Shown: piece by piece, positions 8,644-15,506 of the stretch
Layout: the number at the start of each line of letters is the position of its first letter
Position numbering within the stretch: the first letter of the stretch is position 1
Source of the DNA: Schaalia meyeri
Lineage (GTDB): Bacteria > Actinomycetota > Actinomycetes > Actinomycetales > Actinomycetaceae
DNA: 32,000 bases
Assembly: GCF_900105015.1 (NCBI RefSeq)
Contig: NZ_FNLK01000012.1
Coordinates: 385,749-417,748, forward strand
Direction: 5' to 3'
Made by a program: the position numbers and the translations under genes
The notes under the pieces: generated by a model
Told to the model about the DNA's origin: nothing
Seen by the model: only the letters and a program-made list of their open reading frames with translations
Database searches by the model: none

Positions 8644-9190
8644 CGAAGATGAGTTCATCCGGACTCTCGTCGCCCCGCTTCATCGAGACGTCACGGTAGT
8701 TAGCGAGGAGCACGTGTGGTTTCGGAGCAACGATCTCAATGTCATGATCCACGCGTGGCGCAAAGGTAACTCCTACTTGGGCGGGTCAAGCGAACGCCTC
8801 TCTCCCCCCCCCCCCGGCACCTTCGTATGGTCTCATTCTCTTACCCCGGTGAAGCAGTGGCTCGTCATGTACAACTTTGACCTACTGCGAGCTTACCTCG
8901 ACCTCAAACCATTTGACATCAGTTTTCGAGAACTGCTGATCGCGCCGAACTGGTCCCACCGACCCGGCCCCAATCAGTACTCCCTCGAACTGTGCCACAA
9001 CGATCAGCCCACCGGCGTCTTTGCAGGCAAATGGTCCGACGAAGCCACCAACCTGACCTGGTTCCTCAACCACACACCCGAGCACCTCCTCGAAATCGCA
9101 CACATCGAGGACGTTGAGGAGGCCTGCCAGGCCCTCTTCGGAACCCCACACATCCCATTCGCGCCACATAAACGACCGACGCACGCGTAG
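8627..9190 (+). CDS. Putative TNT immunity protein, paralog 2 (187 aa)
   Basis: Begins MSNTISEDEFIRTL and is collinear with paralog 1. It contains a C12 tract (8804-8815) encoding SPPPPG. It is preceded by a remnant of a toxin 3' end. Confidence 0.75.
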   Translation: MSNTISEDEFIRTLVAPLHRDVTVVSEEHVWFRSNDLNVMIHAWRKGNSYLGGSSERLSPPPPGTFVWSHSLTPVKQWLVMYNFDLLRAYLDLKPFDISFRELLIAPNWSHRPGPNQYSLELCHNDQPTGVFAGKWSDEATNLTWFLNHTPEHLLEIAHIEDVEEACQALFGTPHIPFAPHKRPTHA

Positions 9191-9279
9191 GAGAAAGACA
9201 TGCTACGGGAAGAGTTTCTAGACATCACCAAGAGTCTATTAACAGAGCACAATATGAGTGCGGTATAGACGAGCAGGAG

Positions 9280-9612
9280 TTGAGACTTAGTATTCCCTCC
9301 GGCCCTTCAACTTTCTGCACACGCAGCAGTAAGGCTCCTTCCTCGTCGGCGCAGCCCGTTGCCTGTTACACCGCAGATGACACACCCGACAAGAAGGAAG
9401 CGAACGCCACCCGCCACGACGGTGATAACCACGCCAAGGAGCACGGCAGCAACCCCGACAAGGACAGCGACCGCCCCAAGGACACCGACGGCGACGGCAA
9501 CTCCGACAAGGATTCGGTCGAACGTAAGGATGCTGACCCCAAGGCGGAGGACTACTCCGCCAATGGCAAGGCCGATGACGCCGACGCGCACAAGACCACC
9601 GAAGACGCCCCG
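9280..9612 (+). pseudogene. Linker-like 5' portion of an orphan toxin cassette (frame 1), separated from the ART domain by a 1-nt frameshift
   Basis: Encodes …DDTPDKKEANATRHDGDNHAKEHGSNPDKDSDRPKD…. Nucleotides 9388-9482 match toxin linker 6665-6759 at 83/95 positions by hand alignment. The frame then shifts at the C4 run at 9608-9611. Confidence 0.65.
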
Positions 9613-9821
9613 AGGCCAAGGCCGACGACGCCGATACTAAGTCCGCTGCTTCAGACGGACATGGTTCGGGCGATGGCCACGGTGATGGGGAGCGCCCCCT
9701 CACCAAGGAGGAAATTGAAGCGCTCCCGCAAGCTCCTGGGCGCAGAGCGAGCGCGGAAGAGCTCGACGCGTGGCTGGACGCATGCATCGAGCAGAATCCG
9801 GATCTGACGCGTCAAGAGCTA

Positions 9822-10286
9822 ATGGCTGCCTACGACTACTCAGGTCCGCAATATAAGGAGATCAACGGCTGGCTTCGTGACCCATCAATGGCTGTCTCGG
9901 CCGATATCCCCGAGACAGTTGAGACCCTCAATAAATTCCTCGACAGGTTGCCACCACATAACGGCAGAGTATACCGAGGAACGAAGGTGCCTGGACACAT
10001 TCTCGACGAGGCACTCCGTACCGGTGTCTACCGCGACCCTGCATTCTTCTCAAGCAGCACAAAGCCCGGCGTTGCAGAGAAGTTCATGAATTCAGGCGCA
10101 CTCGACCCCGGAGACAGACGAGTCCTGTTCGAGATTGAAAGCGCTTCGGGTTCAAACATCCGCCCAATGTCTATGTTTGCCACACAAGACGAAATCCTTT
10201 TTAAATCCGGACTTGAGTTTAAGATTGAAAAATGGACGGAACATGCAGACGGAAGTTACACCATCAAACTAAGGCAGAGAGAGTAG
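9822..10286 (+). CDS. ADP-ribosyltransferase toxin domain (C3/VIP2-like R-S-E ART), orphan C-terminal module
   Basis: Motifs seen: YDYSGPQYKEINGWLR, RVYRGT (Arg), FFSSST (S-x-S) and ATQDEILFKSG (Q-x-E). The frame is open upstream to 9579, but the first start codon is ATG 9822. Confidence 0.8.
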   Translation: MAAYDYSGPQYKEINGWLRDPSMAVSADIPETVETLNKFLDRLPPHNGRVYRGTKVPGHILDEALRTGVYRDPAFFSSSTKPGVAEKFMNSGALDPGDRRVLFEIESASGSNIRPMSMFATQDEILFKSGLEFKIEKWTEHADGSYTIKLRQRE

Positions 10287-10295
10287 GATGCAGTT

Positions 10296-11183
10296 ATGCC
10301 CATCGCTGTGAATGGAAACGTTAACAGAGCGCAGTTGTGGCTTGCCGACCACCACTGGTGGGATTACCCAGAGATCTGGAAGCTCCCTAAGCGGCCCGAG
10401 GACGGCCAGCTCGACTGGGAGCGCCTCTTTCCACACCAGCGTGACGTCATCCGCCGTTTCTCAGCCACGCTCCGCACATTATCGGGCTTACCTGCGGTGT
10501 TGCCTTCGATCCCCTACCAGCCTTTCGGGACCCCGAGCCCGCAGGGCTGGGTCATGCCTATCAGATCCGGCACACGCGGTGAGCTTCGTTACGGCGAGTG
10601 CAGCTTTGAGGGCTCTATTCTCTCCCATCACCCCATCCGAGGGACCGACACGTTCGCGCTCCTCATCTATCCAGGCCGGATCAATCCCTGGTTTGTCATC
10701 CGCGCAGACGGACACCCCTGGCACACCAATCCATGGGCAAACAACACGCGAGTGGGGTCCATCTGGGTGCGCACTCTTGCCTGGCAGCACACCTCTCATC
10801 AGATTCTGCCATTCACCGAGGTAGCCGTTCCGCCGCGGACTGTGACTACGCAGCTGCGCACGATCTACATGGAGCGGAACCCCGACGATCCTGACCTGTA
10901 CGGCTCGCTCACAGAGCTACCGACACCGGTGGACGAACGCATCGAGGTTCGAGATGTCCCCGTGTGGTGGAAAGAACCAGAGTACCTCCTGTGGAAGCGC
11001 TTCCTTCAGCCCGAACCGGGAAATCCGGACTCCTATTGGAACGGTCCCAACACTCTCGACGAGCGCACCGCTTACGAGTGCATCATCCAATACGCAGGCC
11101 TGCTCCGCGATTGGACATCGCCTTACGTCCCCTCGCCCGACTTCATTGAACGCTTTGACTGGAAACCACGGGAGGAATCATGA
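10296..11183 (+). CDS. Hypothetical Trp-rich 295-aa protein, candidate immunity protein for the ART module
   Basis: ATG lies 6 nt after AGGA and 9 nt after the ART stop. No recognisable family. Function is inferred from position only. Confidence 0.6.
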   Translation: MPIAVNGNVNRAQLWLADHHWWDYPEIWKLPKRPEDGQLDWERLFPHQRDVIRRFSATLRTLSGLPAVLPSIPYQPFGTPSPQGWVMPIRSGTRGELRYGECSFEGSILSHHPIRGTDTFALLIYPGRINPWFVIRADGHPWHTNPWANNTRVGSIWVRTLAWQHTSHQILPFTEVAVPPRTVTTQLRTIYMERNPDDPDLYGSLTELPTPVDERIEVRDVPVWWKEPEYLLWKRFLQPEPGNPDSYWNGPNTLDERTAYECIIQYAGLLRDWTSPYVPSPDFIERFDWKPREES

Positions 11184-11683
11184 ACGAAGATAGCATCAAG
11201 AGTTTTTTAGCTCTTCTCGAGTCACTGCCGCCGACCCCCTCGGTTACCTTCCGCGGATATGTCGACACTTCCATCACGGAGCCGCGTGCGATCTCATCTC
11301 CCATTCTCACGGCAACATCGCATAGCATTTCCATTGCGACAAACAACCTGGAGATTCCGCAGATCGCTATTTTTATCGGCCAGAATGGACGAGACCTAAG
11401 CAACCTCATGATGGGTGCTCCCTCTTTCAATCTCGAAGAGGTCACCTACATGCCCGGATCCTACTTCTACCAGCATCCAGCACAGGAGTTCCTCGGAGTG
11501 ACAATCCAGCTTTACGAGGAAATGCGCCTGACCGAAGGAGGAAAGAGCCTCACCCCTACCCGTGTACTCGACTCCTGGACACCCATTCTCATTGAGTTTG
11601 AGCCTGCGCTCCGCGCTGCTCGTAGCCAGCGCGTCGAACTACCCGAAGGGGCATCAGAACGTTTTCTCATTCCCGTGGGGTAA
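11180..11683 (+). CDS. 167-aa protein with a divergent ART-like fold signature (possible second, N-terminally short ART module)
   Basis: ATGA overlap with the upstream stop, and a GGAGGA RBS. LESLPPTPSVTFRGY aligns with LDRLPPHNGRVYRGT of the neighbouring ART, ILTATSHS with FFSSSTK, and NLEEVTYMPGS with TQDEILFKSG. Confidence 0.55.
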   Translation: MNEDSIKSFLALLESLPPTPSVTFRGYVDTSITEPRAISSPILTATSHSISIATNNLEIPQIAIFIGQNGRDLSNLMMGAPSFNLEEVTYMPGSYFYQHPAQEFLGVTIQLYEEMRLTEGGKSLTPTRVLDSWTPILIEFEPALRAARSQRVELPEGASERFLIPVG

Positions 11684-12022
11684 CGTTTCAACACGAAGGG
11701 AAGCAGCGCTGACGGACCACTAGCTGTTCGACGAACGATGTCATCATCGACTATCTCACCCGACGATCGGCCAAACGGAACGTCACGCTGCACGCCCCTG
11801 CTGGTCGCCACGGCAGCCAGCCAGAGCACACACAGCTCGTAACAGCTGGCTGCACTCGCTCCTTCGGGGCACATCTCGAGCACGCGCCGCACACACCGAA
11901 CACCACGCATTCCCGACGGTACGGACCTGCACGCACCGGGTGTCCAACGAGAGAGGCATTCAAGTACAGGACGACGCTCCATACTGAAGACACCGGCATG
12001 TCAACCACGGGAGGATGTGATC

Positions 12023-12663
12023 ATGGACGTACTTGAGCAGCTGATCGAACGGGCGAAAAGCTTCGGCGTCTCTGCCGACCTCATCGGCGACAACGACTGC
12101 GTCTTCGGATACGAGGCGTCAATGAGTCAGCACTTTTGGATTGACGATCGGCAGTATCACTTCGGCTCCGACGAGAGAGCAACCACCTACTCCTCGCGCA
12201 TGTGGACGTCTTAGCCTCAACCCTCTCCCTGGAGGATATCGTCGCACCTACTCCTCGCGCATGTGGACGTCTTAGCCTCAACCCTCTCCCTGGAGGATAT
12301 CGTCGCACCTACTCCTCGCGCATGTGGACGTCTTCTCCTGACATCGCACCCCTGGCTCTCATCGACCTTGTTGGCTCCCTCTACCGAATGGCTGCAGGTT
12401 ACCGACGGAGCGACATGGACTACGGGTGGCGCTCCTTCCCCGTTGGCTGGACGATCCAACGAGTGGCGGGATACTCCTCTATGCGCATCGCTTCCGAGAG
12501 CCGGCCCGAGTTGAGCTACGACACCAACGAAATCCATCAGTACTTGCATATCCGCTCGCTCACCATCTATCCGGTTAAGACAGTGCTCGACATGTTCTTC
12601 GACCCCGAAGCGCCCCCTCTCGGCACTCGGGCTTACATTCACAACTTCTATGATCGTGTCTAG
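12023..12663 (+). pseudogene. ORF split by a 61-bp tandem repeat; would be ~172-174 codons if the two extra units were removed
   Basis: The 5' part (MDVLEQ…DERATTYSSRMWTS*) stops inside repeat unit 1. The same peptide, …TYSSRMWTS-SPDIAPL…, resumes in the frame shifted by 122 nt. A W..D..Y.FG..ER motif loosely resembles the immunity paralogs. Confidence 0.6.
12184..12334. repeat. 61-bp tandem repeat, 2 full units plus a 29-bp partial unit
   Basis: Units start at 12184, 12245 and 12306 and are identical by eye: cacctactcctcgcgcatgtggacgtcttagcctcaaccctctccctggaggatatcgtcg. Confidence 0.9.
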
Positions 12664-13025
12664 TGAGCGAAGACTGGTATCGGCATGTCGTTCGAGATGG
12701 TCACTCCACTGATTTATGCAGACTCAAAGATCCCGGTGGAAAGTTCGCTGCAGCAATGCACAAAGATGGAACACCGTCCTCTTTTGGCGAACGGGGATTG
12801 CATCCCTTCTCCCTAGGGGCACCAGATATGCGTGCACGCCTAACAGGCAAACTTCCTGATGGTTGCATTGTTAAATATGGTGAAGTAGCTCCAGCATTTG
12901 GCCGGCCCGGTGCTGCTATACAGCTACAGATTTGGGGACCCGACAAAATGACGGGTATACTCAGAGAGTTGACACTGAGAGAGTGGGAAAAGCGGGGAAT
13001 CATTCAATATGTCCAACACGATTAG
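12663..13025 (+). CDS. Orphan TNT (NADase) core module, 120 aa, lacking any N-terminal secretion domain
   Basis: GTG 12663 overlaps the upstream TAG. Collinear with the last ~120 aa of the large toxin (DLCRLKDPGGKFAAAMHKDG…VAPAFGRPGAAIQLQIWG…GIIQYVQHD*). Lower GC codons than the main copy. Confidence 0.75.
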   Translation: MSEDWYRHVVRDGHSTDLCRLKDPGGKFAAAMHKDGTPSSFGERGLHPFSLGAPDMRARLTGKLPDGCIVKYGEVAPAFGRPGAAIQLQIWGPDKMTGILRELTLREWEKRGIIQYVQHD

Positions 13026-13554
13026 CGAAGATGAGTTCATCCGCACTCTCGTCCCCTTGCTTGACCGAAAGATTTACGTTGTCAGCGAGGACCACGTCAA
13101 GTTTCAGAGCAACGATCTCAATGTCATGATCCACGTCTGGTACGAGGACGGTTTCTACTTCGGGGGCTCAAGCGAACGCCTCTCGCCTCCCAGCACCTAC
13201 CTGCGTGCAGATTCTTTAACCCCGGTGAAGCAGTGGCTCGTCATGGACAACTTTGACCTACTGCGATATTGCCTTGATCTCAAACCATTTGGCATCAGTT
13301 TTCGAGAACTGCTGATTGCACCACACTGGTCCCACAGACCCGGCACTACCATCTATTCCGTTGAGCTGTGCCACAACGATCAGCCCACCGGCGTCTTCAC
13401 AGGCAAGTGGTCCGACGTTGCCACCAAGCTGACCTGGTTTCTGAACCACACGCCCGAACGCCTCCTCGAAATCGCACACATCGAGGACGTCAAGGAGGCC
13501 TGCCAAGCCCTCTTCGGAACCACACACATCCCCTACAGCAAAAACTACGACTGA
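13009..13554 (+). CDS. Putative TNT immunity protein, paralog 3 (181 aa)
   Basis: ATG lies inside the last 17 nt of the orphan TNT ORF. It shares the MSNTISEDEFIRTL N-terminus and is collinear with paralogs 1 and 2. Confidence 0.8.
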   Translation: MSNTISEDEFIRTLVPLLDRKIYVVSEDHVKFQSNDLNVMIHVWYEDGFYFGGSSERLSPPSTYLRADSLTPVKQWLVMDNFDLLRYCLDLKPFGISFRELLIAPHWSHRPGTTIYSVELCHNDQPTGVFTGKWSDVATKLTWFLNHTPERLLEIAHIEDVKEACQALFGTTHIPYSKNYD

Positions 13555-13604
13555 CACGCGGCAGACCCGCCACCTGTCAAGTTCTGGATTTTGTGGAGGG
13601 GCGT

Positions 13605-14412
13605 TTAGGGCGTTTCTTTTCGTGGTGCTGTGTGTTGGTTTTCTGCTTGTTGTGGTGTGATGCCGCCTATTGCGAGGGGGAGGCGGTAGGTGTGGTACCA
13701 GTGGACCCAGGCTGAGGTTTCGCGTTCAACTTTCACGTTGGTCGTGCCAGGGACCGGCGTAGCGGGGGCGCGCCTTGTTGTGGATAAGTTCAGCTTTGTA
13801 CACGGAGTTCAATGCTTCAGCTAGGGCATTGTCGTAGGAGTCGTCCCTGGAGCTCGCCGAGTCTGCCGCCTTGCGCTGGGCTAGTGCTTGCCCGTAGCGC
13901 ACGTCGTCGATATTGGACACCCTGGTCGGAATGGTGCACGAGCCCGCTGGTGTCCATGCCCTCGCGGCAGCGCTGGTAGATCGCCATGTTCAAGGTATCC
14001 AGGGCCAGGTCGGCACGCAGCGAGAAAGAGACCTTCCACCCCAGGATTTTGCGCGAGTACACGTCGGTGACGAAGGAGACGTAGACCCAGCCGACCCGGT
14101 TGGCACGTAGGTAATGTCCGCGCCCCACAACTCGTTGAGATCATGGGCAGCGAAACGACGATTCACCAGGTCTGCTGGGCATGCCCGCCTCGGTGCCGGG
14201 GCCGTGACATGGCGGGCCCGGCACCGGCTCACACCGCGAATTCCCATACGCCGCATCAGCCGCTCAACCGTGCACCGCGCGACATGCCCCACGCCGGTAT
14301 CTGGTCGGTTAGGAAAGCATGCATTTGACGCAAGATACTCCCCACCATACCCGGGACACTTCAACACCCAAGTGAAACCCACACCGCCCCTGCTCGGGTA
14401 TAACTCCCACAA
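13605..14412 (-). pseudogene. IS3-family transposase OrfB (DDE integrase core), broken by several frameshifts; OrfA not seen
   Basis: Fragments lie in three frames: …VARCTVERLMRRMGIRG…ADLVNRRF…LWGADITYVPT, then …GWVYVSFVTDVYSRKILGWKVS…HHSDQGVQY, then …DSYDNALAEALNSVYKAELIH, then …ERETSAWVHWYHTYRLPLAIGGITPQQAE*. Confidence 0.8.
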
Positions 14413-14652
14413 TCGGGGGTTTTTCGGACCGCCGGGGCGACTCCGGTTTCAATCCGGAGAGTCGCATCAAGGTTATGGGGCGGGCTTGTACGCTGACGGG
14501 ACTGCCCACGTCCGCCTGAGCGGGTTAGCGCGCGCCTTACCGTGTTCACGCGCACCCCAGCGGATGCGGGTTAAGCGCAATCACCTAACAACAGGCTGTC
14601 TAGCCCGCGCAAGCCACCAGGGCGAGAACGCGCAGCACACGCGAGCCCCGCA

Positions 14653-14771
14653 CCTGGATAGGAAACAGCCTCCTGGATAGGAAACGGCCACCTGGATAGG
14701 AAACGGCCACCTGGATAGGTTAATAACCTATCCACGAGCGCATAACCTATCCAGCAACACACTTCCTATCC
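14653..14771. repeat. Array of seven GGATAGG/CCTATCC sites at strict 19-bp spacing (4 direct, 3 inverted), symmetric about GGATAGGTTAATAACCTATCC
   Basis: CCTGGATAGG starts at 14653, 14672, 14691 and 14710. CCTATCC starts at 14727, 14746 and 14765. Confidence 0.85.
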
Positions 14772-15179
14772 ATGAACCAGCCACAAAAAGGCAGCGGAGC
14801 ACCAGCAGCGGAGTCGGACCACTGCAAGGTTGACGGTGCCGCGAAAAACGGCGCACAACCCCGGCCAGCACGCGGCACCTGATCCCACGCGGACCGACAG
14901 CGAAAACAGCGACTACACCCAGGAGAAATCCAGCAGCAGACCACGAGCCCGAACGGGCCGACACCCGCGGGCACCACAACGCGCACACCCCAGGAACCTC
15001 CCCACACCACCAAACCACCAAACCACAAAGCCACAAAGCCACCCTTCCAACAACACACGGCGTCCTATAACCCCAAAGACCTCCACCTCTACCGCAACCC
15101 ACGACCAAAACCCGATCACCCACACTCAACTCGGAAGATCCTCTATGAGCTTATTTTCGAGGCAGATGAACCAGGGTTC

Positions 15180-15503
15180 ATGACCCAGGCGCGCGGATCG
15201 GGACTCACTCTTTACGAAATTGCCAGCAAGATGGAGAGACGACGGGAGCTGGCCGATCGCATGGCCGCCTATCTCGACAGGGACCTGACACAATGTCACG
15301 CGTTCACACTCGATACAGGGAGAACTAACGATGCCACCACTTATTTTCGCAATGCAGGCGGCTGTATTGTTTCTCGTAAGATCATTGAAGGAAAGGGGGC
15401 ATCAAGTCGCTCCCAGAGCCCTCAGCCAACCCCGCCGACAACGGTTGGCGCGTCTTACCTGACCGCGATGACGACGCTTACCTCGCCGATCCGAACAACC
15501 TAA
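15180..15503 (+). pseudogene. Part of a decayed cassette gene lying upstream of and across the ISL3 insertion site
   Basis: The frame is open far upstream of ATG 15180 through a CA-rich P/K/T/H/N-rich stretch. The N-terminal half of the ORF looks protein-like, and the C-terminal half becomes low-complexity after a G5 run at 15395-15399. The frame-2 reading continues across the IS target site. Confidence 0.4.
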
Positions 15504-15506
15504 CGG

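Noticed and set aside
9201-9269. 22-codon ORF MLREEFLDITKSLLTEHNMSAV* in the low-GC spacer after immunity paralog 2
   Set aside because: Too short and without an RBS or homolog that I can recognise. It may be a fragment of a lost cassette gene.
11512-12008. Minus-strand ORFs 11512-11982 and 11751-12008, and short plus-strand ORFs, in the 11684-12016 gap
   Set aside because: The first overlaps the better-supported 167-aa plus-strand ORF, and all have Cys/Arg-rich motif-free translations. The gap is left unannotated as possible decayed cassette sequence.
14425-14475. Possible tRNA 3' fragment or att site (…GCGACTCCGGTTTCAATCCGGAGAGTCGCATCA)
   Set aside because: The loop TTTCAAT does not fit the canonical T-loop (TTCRANN), and the flanks form one long simple hairpin rather than separate T and acceptor arms. 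It more likely lies within the decayed 5' part of the IS3 remnant.
14653-14771. Possible CRISPR array
   Set aside because: The period is only 19 bp with ~9-nt variable parts. Half the copies are inverted. There are no spacer-length unique segments and no cas genes.
14728-15129. 133-aa minus-strand ORF, and 117-aa plus-strand ORF 14830-15183, in the CA-rich tract
   Set aside because: The translations are G/V/W/C-rich or P/T/N/H/R-rich low complexity produced by strand bias. No start context or motifs.
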